From positions 2,653 to 66,652 of the forward strand of contig JAQTPW010000001.1 in the NCBI GenBank assembly GCA_028712565.1: DNA of 64,000 bases, in the 5' to 3' direction. Shown here in pieces: positions 53,336-61,361 of the stretch. The notes beneath the pieces were generated by a model that had not been told where the DNA came from, did no database searches, and saw only the letters and a program-made list of their open reading frames with translations. The position numbers and the translations under genes are program-made. How positions within the stretch are numbered: the stretch's first letter is position 1; every line of letters begins with the position of its first letter. The stretch comes from Minisyncoccota bacterium (GTDB lineage: Bacteria; Patescibacteriota; Minisyncoccia; Minisyncoccales; JAQTPW01).

Positions 53336-53375
53336 AATATTGTTAACATAGCTATCGCCTTGTTAATAATATATT
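53336..53375 (+). promoter_or_regulatory. Conserved hairpin/promoter-like motif, copy D
   Basis: AAATATTGTTAAC-ATAGCTATCGCC-TTGTTAATAATATATT. Confidence 0.55.
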
Positions 53376-53416
53376 GTTTTGTTGTTTGTTAATACTAGAT
53401 ATTGGATATATTGAAT

Positions 53417-53449
53417 AAAAAGTCCCGAGCGGTTAATTCCGTCGGGACT
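53417..53449 (-). terminator. Terminator of the minus-strand orphan gene
   Basis: AGTCCCGA (53421-53428) / TCGGGACT (53442-53449). An A-run on the + strand gives a T-run on the - strand. Confidence 0.7.
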
Positions 53450-53453
53450 TTAA

Positions 53454-53804
53454 TTAAAGGAGGCGAGGTAATATTATTTCTCGGCAACAATCAACGTTAA
53501 AGTCAAAAATTGGTGCTATTTTTGGTTGGCGAGCAATCCACTCCCAAGATTTTCTATTCCAGTATTTCAAGGCCATAAGCGCCAGTTCAGAAGATACACT
53601 GTAAACTAATTTGGGGCCATAGTTTTCTTCTGGATTTATTTCTGAATCAAGATTTATTGCTGGACCAACGACTATTTGTTTTGGTCCTTCAGCTTGAAAA
53701 ATTATTCCAATCCATCCTTTGCGTATTTCCTCAGGGATGCCGGGCCCTTCTGGAGTTTTAACTATCGCTATTAACTTCTTATTTGTCATTTTTCCTTCCT
53801 CCAA
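53454..53804 (-). CDS. Hypothetical protein (orphan), strong SD
   Basis: 116 aa. On its own strand GGAGGAAGGAAAA precedes the ATG. It is a lone minus-strand gene in a + strand array. Confidence 0.55.
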   Translation of the reverse strand: MEEGKMTNKKLIAIVKTPEGPGIPEEIRKGWIGIIFQAEGPKQIVVGPAINLDSEINPEENYGPKLVYSVSSELALMALKYWNRKSWEWIARQPKIAPIFDFNVDCCREIILPRLL

Positions 53805-53953
53805 AATTTATTAAAAGTGCCAAAATTCCGAGATTTTCTCGGTATTTTGATATTAAAATAATAAAATTAAAAGTCAAATTTTCCACTGTTTTTAACTTGT
53901 CTAAGCCAAAAATTTAAAGTAGAATAAAATATCGACTATTTGTGTTAGAAACT

Positions 53954-55417
53954 ATGGCGAATATTGACGAAATAAGAAAAATAAGAATACAAAAGTTAGA
54001 AGCTATAAAGAAAGCCGGGATTTTGGCGTATCCGGAAATAACGAAAAGAACCCACGAAATAGCCAGTGCCCTTAAGGATTTTTCAGCTTTGAATAAAAGT
54101 AAAAAGGAAATAATTTTGTCCGGCAGGATAAAGTCCTTAAGAATTCATGGAGGAGCCACTTTTTTGAATATGGAAGACGGGACCGGAACAATTCAGGCTT
54201 TTTTCAATAAAAATCGGATAGGGGAAAACGGCTACGATTTTTTTACTGAAAATTTTGACATTGGAGATTTCGTTGAAATCAGAGGAATTTTATTTGAGAC
54301 AAAAACCGGAGAAAAAACCTTAGAAGCCGCAGATTTTAAAATGCTGGCAAAGTCACTCCTGCCCCTTCCTGAAAAATGGCACGGCATCCAAGACGTCGAG
54401 GAGAGATTCAGGAAGAGATATTTGGATTTGATTTTTAACAAAGATGTAAAAGAAAAGTTCATTCTTCGTGCCAGGATAATAAAAGAAATCAGAAATTTTT
54501 TTGAAAATGAAGGTTTTATCGAGGTTGAAACTCCGATTTTGCAACCCATATACGGGGGGGCGACCGCCCGGCCATTTAAAACCCATTTGAACGCACTGGA
54601 CGCCGATTTGTATTTAAGGATTTCACCCGAGCTTTATTTAAAAAGGCTTTTAATTGGAGGATTTGAAAAAGTTTTTGAAATTGGGAAATGTTTCCGAAAC
54701 GAGGGTTTAGACCGGCAGCACAATCCTGATTTTACGGAATTGGAATTTTACTGGGCTTATACCGATTATAAAAATTTGATGAATTTCACCGAAAAATTTT
54801 TCTCAACTTTGCTCAAAAATTTGTTCGGAAGCCAGAAAATAAACTATGAAGGCAGAGAAATAGATTTTAAAATTCCCTGGCAGAGGATAGAATACAATGT
54901 CTTATTCAAAAAATATGCCGATATAAATCTGGAGGAAATAAACACTGAAGCATTGAGGAAAAAAGCAAAAGAAATTTTGGGTTCCTCCCCGAAAGGCGAG
55001 AAAGCGGAAATTGCCGACGAGATTTATAAAAAGCTCTGCCGGCCCAAGATAATAGAACCCACCTTTTTGATTCATCATCCGAAGGGTTCGGCTCCTTTGG
55101 CAAAGGAAATTGAAGGAGATCCTTCCGAACTGGCGAGATTCCAGTTGGTTGCCGCGGGCGGTATGGAGCTGGTTAATGCTTTTTCAGAGCTTAACGATCC
55201 AATAGAGCAGAGAGCTAGGTTCAAAGAGCAGGAAAAAATATTAAAAGAAGGTTTTGAAGAGGCGCAGAGAATGGATGAAGATTTTATTGAGGCTTTGGAG
55301 TACGGCATGCCGCCGGCAGCCGGATTTGGCATGGGAATCGACAGATTGGTGGCTTTATTAACCGATTCGCATAGTTTGAGAGAAGTTATATTGTTTCCGA
55401 CAATGAGGAAAAAATAA
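53954..55417 (+). CDS. lysS: Lysine--tRNA ligase (class II)
   Basis: Class II motifs: ..FIEVETPILQPIYGGA.. (motif 2 region) and ..GFGMGIDRLVALL.. (motif 3). ATG 53954 chosen. Confidence 0.93.
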   Translation: MANIDEIRKIRIQKLEAIKKAGILAYPEITKRTHEIASALKDFSALNKSKKEIILSGRIKSLRIHGGATFLNMEDGTGTIQAFFNKNRIGENGYDFFTENFDIGDFVEIRGILFETKTGEKTLEAADFKMLAKSLLPLPEKWHGIQDVEERFRKRYLDLIFNKDVKEKFILRARIIKEIRNFFENEGFIEVETPILQPIYGGATARPFKTHLNALDADLYLRISPELYLKRLLIGGFEKVFEIGKCFRNEGLDRQHNPDFTELEFYWAYTDYKNLMNFTEKFFSTLLKNLFGSQKINYEGREIDFKIPWQRIEYNVLFKKYADINLEEINTEALRKKAKEILGSSPKGEKAEIADEIYKKLCRPKIIEPTFLIHHPKGSAPLAKEIEGDPSELARFQLVAAGGMELVNAFSELNDPIEQRARFKEQEKILKEGFEEAQRMDEDFIEALEYGMPPAAGFGMGIDRLVALLTDSHSLREVILFPTMRKK

Positions 55418-55442
55418 TATTTAGAATTTAGAAATTAGCAAT

Positions 55443-56711
55443 ATGTTAGATATAAAATACATAAGAGAAAATCTGCAAGTTGTAAAAGAAGGCGCAAAAA
55501 ATAAAGGCGTTGATATTGACATTGGCCGGCTTTTGGAAGTGGACAAAAAAAGACGCGAAGTTCTTCAGGCATTAGAAGATATGCGGGCCCAAAAAAACAA
55601 GGCGTCGAAAGAAATTCCTCAAATGAAAGATGAAAAAGAAAGGGGAAAAATAATTTTAAAAATGCGGGAATTAGATATAAACAGCGACAGGTTAAATCAG
55701 GAATTAAAATCATCTGAAGAGGAATTTAATAGTTTGATGGCAAAAATTCCCAATATCCCTTTGGAAGGCGTGCCCGTGGGAAAAGATGATAGCGAAAATG
55801 TTGTTTTAAAAGAAGTGGGGGAAAGGACAAAATTCGATTTTACCCCCAAAAATTATTTAGATATTGCCGAAAAATTAGACATAATTGATGTTGACCGGGC
55901 TGCGAAAATTTCAGGAACCAGATTTGGATTTTTAAAAGGAGAGGCGGCTTTATTGGAAGTTGCTTTAATTAATCTCGTTTTTGAAAATTTGATCAAAGAG
56001 GGATTTATTCCAATTATTCCTCCTGTTATGCTAAAACCGGAAATGGCGTGGGGCATGGGGTATTTGGAGCAAACGAACAGCGAAGAGGCATATCATTTAG
56101 AAGCAGATAATTTATATTTGACTGCAACCGCTGAACAATCATTGGGAACCATGCATTCGGGGGAAATTTTTGACGAAAAAGATTTGCCAAGAAGATATTT
56201 GGGATTTTCCACTTGTTTCAGGAGAGAAGCAGGAGCTTATGGAAAAGATACAAAAGGAATCTTTAGAGTCCATCAGTTTGATAAAATTGAGATGTTCAGT
56301 TATTGCAAGCCGGAACATTCTCTAAACGAGCACGAATTTCTTTTGGAAAGAGAAGAAAAACTAATGCAGGCCTTGGAAATTCCGTATCACGTTTTAAAAA
56401 TTTGTACTGGAGATCTTGGGACTCCGGCTGCGGCAAAATATGATATAGAAGCTTGGATTCCCAGCGAAAACCGCTACCGAGAGACCCATTCAACTTCAAA
56501 TTGCACCGATTTTCAAGCCAGAAGATTAAATATTCGCTATAAAGATAAGACGGGAAAATTAAACTTTGTTCATACTTTAAACGGTACAGCTTTTGCCATC
56601 GGCAGAATTTTAATTTCTATTATTGAGAATTACCAGCAAAAAGATGGGAGTATAAAAATACCAAAAGCTCTTCAACAATATTTTAATCTTAAAATGATTA
56701 AAAATAAGTAG
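55443..56711 (+). CDS. serS: Serine--tRNA ligase
   Basis: 422 aa. N-terminal coiled-coil arm, ..FRREAGAYGKDTKGIFRVHQF.., ..LNGTAFAIGRILISIIEN... Confidence 0.93.
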   Translation: MLDIKYIRENLQVVKEGAKNKGVDIDIGRLLEVDKKRREVLQALEDMRAQKNKASKEIPQMKDEKERGKIILKMRELDINSDRLNQELKSSEEEFNSLMAKIPNIPLEGVPVGKDDSENVVLKEVGERTKFDFTPKNYLDIAEKLDIIDVDRAAKISGTRFGFLKGEAALLEVALINLVFENLIKEGFIPIIPPVMLKPEMAWGMGYLEQTNSEEAYHLEADNLYLTATAEQSLGTMHSGEIFDEKDLPRRYLGFSTCFRREAGAYGKDTKGIFRVHQFDKIEMFSYCKPEHSLNEHEFLLEREEKLMQALEIPYHVLKICTGDLGTPAAAKYDIEAWIPSENRYRETHSTSNCTDFQARRLNIRYKDKTGKLNFVHTLNGTAFAIGRILISIIENYQQKDGSIKIPKALQQYFNLKMIKNK

Positions 56712-56713
56712 AG

Positions 56714-57550
56714 ATGGAGGAAAAGAAAATTTCTGTTAATAGCTTAACTATTAACTACAAAATTACAGAAGAGGAAGATCCTCTTTTAAGTTTTGCCGGG
56801 ATTAAATTCTATCCTGAAAAGGTCCCCATAAAGGGAACGATTTTGATATTGCATGGGTGGGGCGGATCTTCTGATTCTTGGATTGAAGTTCAAAAAAATT
56901 TAATAAAAAACGGATATAAAACCATAGTTCCTGATTTGCCGGGATTTGGAAAGTCAGTGACTCCGCTCAAAGCCTGGGGAATTGATGATTATACAGATTT
57001 TGTTTCAAAATTTGCCGAAAAAATAAATTTGACAGGACCTTTCTTTTTGCTCGGCCATTCTTTTGGCGGAAGAATAGCAATAAGATTTGTCTTAAAACAT
57101 CCCGAAAAAATAAAAGGATTAATTTTGTGCGATTCAGCCGGAATAAAACCCAAAATGGGGATAAAAACAATGTTGATTTACTGGACAGCCAAGCTGGGAA
57201 ACGCATTGTTGACGCCAAAACACTTTTCAAGATTTCGGGATTCTGCGCGCAATTTTTTCTACGCAGTTATCCGCCACCGGGATTATGAAAAGGCGGACGG
57301 AGTGATGAAAGAAACGATTATAAAAGTTTTAAATGAAGATTTATTTGCTGATCTCTCCAAAATTAAAACAAAAACACTTTTGGTCTGGGGAAAAAATGAC
57401 AAAATGGTGCCTGTAAAGTATGCCAATGTATTCAAAATAAATATTGAAAACTCCGAATTGGAAATTTTACCAAAAATTGGCCATAGTCCGCACTTGGAAG
57501 TTCCAGATAAATTATCTGAAATTCTTCTCAAATTTTTAAATAAATTTTAA
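56714..57550 (+). CDS. Alpha/beta hydrolase
   Basis: 278 aa. HGWGGS, nucleophile elbow GHSFGG, C-terminal ..IGHSPHLE... Confidence 0.8.
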   Translation: MEEKKISVNSLTINYKITEEEDPLLSFAGIKFYPEKVPIKGTILILHGWGGSSDSWIEVQKNLIKNGYKTIVPDLPGFGKSVTPLKAWGIDDYTDFVSKFAEKINLTGPFFLLGHSFGGRIAIRFVLKHPEKIKGLILCDSAGIKPKMGIKTMLIYWTAKLGNALLTPKHFSRFRDSARNFFYAVIRHRDYEKADGVMKETIIKVLNEDLFADLSKIKTKTLLVWGKNDKMVPVKYANVFKINIENSELEILPKIGHSPHLEVPDKLSEILLKFLNKF

Positions 57551-57553
57551 AAA

Positions 57554-58948
57554 ATGCCCGTTTTTTTAAATATAATTGGACTTCTGCTATTTATAAAGCT
57601 GTTTCTTTTCTGGCTGTGGCTTTGGCAATTGAAAGAATATCATATTGGGCGTTTTCTAGCCCATTTTGAAACTCAGGCAATAACTAAAATTATTTCCAGC
57701 TTTTGGAGGATAAAACTTCCTAAATTTACCGGAAAAACTGCCGTAATTTTTATTTCTGAAATCATTGCTGCAACAGCGCTCTCCCTATATTTTAAATTCG
57801 CAATTCTATTTTTAATTTTATTTGCTCCGGTTTTTTCCTCGGCAATTGTTCTGCTTTTTCAAATTCCAACAGTTTTTTTGAGAAACCGGATTATTAAAAA
57901 AGCCAAGATAAAAATTAGGCAATTCCCAAATCTTTTGGTAATAGGCATTACGGGAAGTTATGGCAAAACTTCAACAAAAGAATTTTTGTATTCGATTTTA
58001 TCGGAAAAATTCAAAAATAAGGTTTTAAAGACGAAAGAACACCAGAATTCGGAAATTGGGATTTCCCAGTGCATTTTAGCGGATTTGGAACAAGAGCATG
58101 AAATTTTTATAGTTGAAATGGGAGCTTATAACAGAGGGGGAATAAAAATGCTTTGCGATATTGTAAGGCCAAAAATAGGCATTTTAACTGGAATTAATGA
58201 GCAGCATATGTCGACATTCGGATCATTAGAAAATATAATTAAAGGAAAGTATGAGTTAATTGAATCATTGCCCGCAGACGGAGTTGCATTTTTCAATGCG
58301 AAAAATAAATATTGTTTAGAACTTTATAATGAAACTCTTCGACGGCTCCCAGTGAAAGCGATTTTGTACGGACAAAATGCTACTTTTTTTGGCGAGGAGA
58401 ATATTTTAGGAGCAATGGCAGCCGCAAAAGAATTAGGAATGGCTGACGCTGAAATTAAAGCCGCGGTCGATAGAATTGAAAACAAGATGCCGGGAATTAA
58501 AATTAAAGAGGGGATTGGCGGCTTAAAAATTATAGATGCTACTTATTCGGCAAACCCGGATGGAGTAATTGCTAATTTGGAATATTTAAAAAATAATTTT
58601 TCCGGGAAAAAGATTATTGTTATGCCATGCTTAATAGAACTTGGTAAGGCGTCAAAAGAAGTTCACACAAGAATCGGTAAAAAAATCGGAGAGGTCTGTG
58701 ATTTAGCAATAATTACAACAAAAGATTATTTTAAAGAAATTAAAGAAGCCGCCTTCGCTTCCGCCATCGCTGAAGCTATGGCGGGCAAAGAAGCTACGGC
58801 GAGCCAAAGGAAGCCAGAAATTCTGTTTCTCGAAAATCCGAAAGAAATTTTTGCGAAAATAATGGGCGTTGTGAAAGAGGGAGATGCAGTTCTTTTGGAA
58901 AGCAGAGTGCCTAAAGAGGTGGTTGAACAGTTAACAGGAAGCAGTTAA
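57554..58948 (+). CDS. murF: UDP-MurNAc-tripeptide--D-Ala-D-Ala ligase with N-terminal membrane extension
   Basis: 464 aa. About 110-aa hydrophobic N-terminus, Mur ligase P-loop ITGSYGKTSTKEF. Contains a GC-rich in-frame insert near the C-terminus. Confidence 0.85.
   Translation: MPVFLNIIGLLLFIKLFLFWLWLWQLKEYHIGRFLAHFETQAITKIISSFWRIKLPKFTGKTAVIFISEIIAATALSLYFKFAILFLILFAPVFSSAIVLLFQIPTVFLRNRIIKKAKIKIRQFPNLLVIGITGSYGKTSTKEFLYSILSEKFKNKVLKTKEHQNSEIGISQCILADLEQEHEIFIVEMGAYNRGGIKMLCDIVRPKIGILTGINEQHMSTFGSLENIIKGKYELIESLPADGVAFFNAKNKYCLELYNETLRRLPVKAILYGQNATFFGEENILGAMAAAKELGMADAEIKAAVDRIENKMPGIKIKEGIGGLKIIDATYSANPDGVIANLEYLKNNFSGKKIIVMPCLIELGKASKEVHTRIGKKIGEVCDLAIITTKDYFKEIKEAAFASAIAEAMAGKEATASQRKPEILFLENPKEIFAKIMGVVKEGDAVLLESRVPKEVVEQLTGSS
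58747..58815 (+). repeat. GC-rich repeat inserted in frame in murF
   Basis: GCCGCCTTCGC..GAAGCT..GCTACGGCGAGCCAAAGG encodes AAFASAIAEAMAGKEATASQRK. It shares blocks with the 42-bp unit at 59622-59742. Confidence 0.75.
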
Positions 58949-58960
58949 CAATTAACAAAA

Positions 58961-58991
58961 AAATGCCGTCGTCAGAAGACGGACGGCATTT
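58961..58991. terminator. Bidirectional terminator between murF and the minus-strand orphan
   Basis: AAATGCCGTCGTC-AGAA-GACGGACGGCATTT (13 bp, one bulge), with an A-run before and a T-run after. Confidence 0.8.
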
Positions 58992-59012
58992 ACGACGAAG
59001 TGCTTAAACGTA

Positions 59013-59228
59013 TTATTTCTTCTCTATGACTTTAACTCGGAACCAAAATGTTTCGTATGGGTTTCTCCAACCGGTCGGAATCATAATACATGCGCAGCCG
59101 TATTGTTTTAGACTTTCAAATAGCTGCTCCATCGATTCCGGGATTTTCGATAGATCCATACCCGTAATGTCTGGCGTCAAAGACATTGTTAAGCTTCCGT
59201 CTTTTTCTGCTACTATTTTCGCATTCAT
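59013..59228 (-). CDS. Hypothetical small protein (orphan), strong SD
   Basis: 71 aa. On its own strand AAGGAGGTATGAA precedes the ATG. Lone minus-strand gene. Confidence 0.55.
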   Translation of the reverse strand: MNAKIVAEKDGSLTMSLTPDITGMDLSKIPESMEQLFESLKQYGCACIMIPTGWRNPYETFWFRVKVIEKK

Positions 59229-59266
59229 TTCATACCTCCTTACAGAAAAATAATATTACATAAATA

Positions 59267-60739
59267 ATGTTTTGTCAATATTTAAACCCAAAACCAATAT
59301 CGATTTCTTTGTCTCCTAATACTGAAAAGGATGATATCCTATTGGCTTTTAAGTTGCTTTGGAAACCTTGGCGATGGAAATTCAGCGTAAATCAGCGTAA
59401 CAATCAGCGTCAATCAGCTTCTACGATTTTAGAAGAGGAATTTAAAAAATATTTGGGAGTAAAATATGCCATATCATTTAACAGCGGGAGGTCGGCGTTG
59501 ATGGCAATATTGGCTGCTCTTTTCGGAGAGCAGGCATCCTCCGAAGCCTTGGCGAAGGAGGATGAGGAGGTTCTTTTACAAGCCTTCACTTGTAACGCAG
59601 TTCCAAATCCGGTTATTTGGTCCCGCCTTCGCGAGGCCGAAGCTCGCTACGGCGAGGCAAAGGCCCGCCTTCGCGAGGCCGAAGCTCGCTACGGCGAGGC
59701 AAAGGCCCGCCTTCGCGATGACGCTTCGGCGAGGCAAGCAGGCTTGAAACCTATTTATGTAGATTGCAACGAAAATACATTTAACATTGATCCAGAAGAT
59801 TTAAGGCGTAAGATTACGTCAAACAGCCGCGCCGTAATAGTCCAGCACACTTTCGGTTTGCCCGCAGAAATGGATGAAATTATAAAAATTTGTCAGGCAC
59901 ATAATTTAATATTAATTGAAGATTGCGCGCATTCTTTAGGTGCTACCTATAAAGGAAAAAAGATCGGAACCTTCGGCAGAGTTTCATTTTTCAGTTTTTC
60001 CAGAGATAAAGTAATTTCTTCAGTTTACGGCGGAATGGTAGTTACTTCTGATGATGAACTTGCAAAAAAAATTAAGGAATACCAGGAAAGAATCGGTTAT
60101 CCTTCATATTTTTGGATTCTTCAGCAATTATTGCACCCTGTATTAATGAATTGGCTTATTTTGCCAACATATAAATATTTTGGAAAATATTTATTGATTT
60201 TATTCCAATGGCTTCACATTTTTTCAAAAGCCGTCCATTGGAAGGAAAAGAGGGGGCAAAAACCCTGTTATTTTCCAAAGCGTTTACCAGATGCCTTGGC
60301 AATTTTGGCTCAAAACCAATTTCGGAAATTGGAAAAATTCAACCGGCATCGCCGGGAAATCGCCGAATTTTATAATCGCGAATTAGCCGATACCAGCTAC
60401 CAGCTACCAGTTACCAGCGACGGCGACATTTTCCTTCGTTATGCAATAAAACATCCGAACGCTCATCAAATTATTCAGAAGGCATGGAGTCATAATCTAT
60501 TGGTTGGGGATTGGTATACAACGCCGATTGCTCCGCATGATACTAAATTAGAAAAAATGCAATATACTTTAGGGAGTTGCCCAAATGCGGAAAAATTGGC
60601 AAAAATTACATTAAATTTGCCGACTCATATTAATATTTCGGTGAAAGATGCCCAAAAAATCGTAGACTTTTTAAAAAAAATAAGTAAAAACAATAAAGAC
60701 CATAATACGATTTCCACGGCCGTAGAAAAAGTATTATAA
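59267..60739 (+). CDS. DegT/DnrJ/EryC1/StrS-family PLP aminotransferase carrying several in-frame repeat insertions
   Basis: 490 aa, against my recollection that this family is usually about 370-400 aa. ..ISFNSGRSALMAIL.., ..LIEDCAHSLGATYKGKKIG.., ..FFSFSRDKVIS.. (PLP Lys context). Confidence 0.85.
   Translation: MFCQYLNPKPISISLSPNTEKDDILLAFKLLWKPWRWKFSVNQRNNQRQSASTILEEEFKKYLGVKYAISFNSGRSALMAILAALFGEQASSEALAKEDEEVLLQAFTCNAVPNPVIWSRLREAEARYGEAKARLREAEARYGEAKARLRDDASARQAGLKPIYVDCNENTFNIDPEDLRRKITSNSRAVIVQHTFGLPAEMDEIIKICQAHNLILIEDCAHSLGATYKGKKIGTFGRVSFFSFSRDKVISSVYGGMVVTSDDELAKKIKEYQERIGYPSYFWILQQLLHPVLMNWLILPTYKYFGKYLLILFQWLHIFSKAVHWKEKRGQKPCYFPKRLPDALAILAQNQFRKLEKFNRHRREIAEFYNRELADTSYQLPVTSDGDIFLRYAIKHPNAHQIIQKAWSHNLLVGDWYTTPIAPHDTKLEKMQYTLGSCPNAEKLAKITLNLPTHINISVKDAQKIVDFLKKISKNNKDHNTISTAVEKVL
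59381..59418 (+). repeat. In-frame short tandem repeat (A)ATCAGCGTAA
   Basis: TTCAGCGTAAATCAGCGTAACAATCAGCGTCAATCAGC encodes FSVNQRNNQRQS. Same unit as in the 16S leader (39211-39250). Confidence 0.8.
59525..59570 (+). repeat. In-frame GC-rich palindromic insert
   Basis: CCTCCGAAGCCTTGGCGAAGGAGG folds as CCTCC/GGAGG plus GCC/GGC. Encodes ..ASSEALAKEDE.. between conserved AILAAL and EVLLQAFTC. Confidence 0.65.
59622..59742 (+). repeat. In-frame 42-bp GC-rich tandem repeat (2 full units plus a diverged third)
   Basis: CCCGCCTTCGCGAGGCCGAAGCTCGCTACGGCGAGGCAAAGG at 59622-59663 and 59664-59705, with a diverged copy to about 59742. Encodes RLREAEARYGEAKA x2. Confidence 0.9.
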
Positions 60740-60740
60740 T
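60705..60740. repeat. Left copy of 33-bp direct repeat (3' end of the DegT-family gene)
   Basis: TACGATTTCCACGGCCGTAGAAAAAGTATTATA (60708-60740) versus 61281-61313, one mismatch. Contains the palindrome ACGGCCGT. Confidence 0.9.
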
Positions 60741-60749
60741 TAAATAAAT

Positions 60750-61280
60750 ATGAAATTTCCAGTTACCGATAGATTTTTATGGGATTTATATGATTTTCTT
60801 GAAAAGGCAGGTGATATTTATGATGTTTTTTTGGCACGACCCTGGAAAGAAGTTTGGTCTCCGGAACTTCACAAATTTAGATATGAATGGAAGAAAAAGA
60901 AGGATCGAAAATTATTCAGTCGGCTTGTTTATTATTTAAAAAAGAAAGGGTATATAAAGACTAAAAATTTAGAGGAAAAAGAAGCTGTTTTGTTAACAAG
61001 GAAAGGAGCCGATAAGATTTTGAAATTGAAACTTAAAGAAAGTAATAAAAAGAAAAGACCAGACGGAAAGTGGCAAATGGTAATTTTTGATATCCCCGAA
61101 AGAAAGCGTTTTTTAAGAGATTTACTTAGAGAAAATCTTTATCTTTTAGGCTATCAACTGTTGCAACAAAGTATTTGGGTTTGTCCATATGATGTTTCAT
61201 ATAAAACAGAAATAATTCTCAATAAATATTCCCTTGATCAATACGTAAAAACATTTTTAATTAAAGAAATAGAAGTATAG
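60750..61280 (+). CDS. PaaX-like regulator with wHTH + PaaX/Cas2-fold domain (paralog 2)
   Basis: 176 aa. ..LVYYLKKKGYIKTKNLEEKEAVLLTRKG.. and ..PDGKWQMVIFDIPERKRFLRDLLRENLYLLGYQLLQQSIWVCP... Confidence 0.65.
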   Translation: MKFPVTDRFLWDLYDFLEKAGDIYDVFLARPWKEVWSPELHKFRYEWKKKKDRKLFSRLVYYLKKKGYIKTKNLEEKEAVLLTRKGADKILKLKLKESNKKKRPDGKWQMVIFDIPERKRFLRDLLRENLYLLGYQLLQQSIWVCPYDVSYKTEIILNKYSLDQYVKTFLIKEIEV

Positions 61281-61313
61281 TACGATTTCCACGGCCGTAG
61301 AAAATGTATTATA
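61281..61313. repeat. Right copy of the 33-bp direct repeat
   Basis: TACGATTTCCACGGCCGTAGAAAATGTATTATA, starting immediately after the stop of the PaaX-like gene. Confidence 0.9.
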
Positions 61314-61361
61314 TGATTTGTTTAAATTTTTCTTCGTAAGCATTTTATTTGTAAGTATTTT

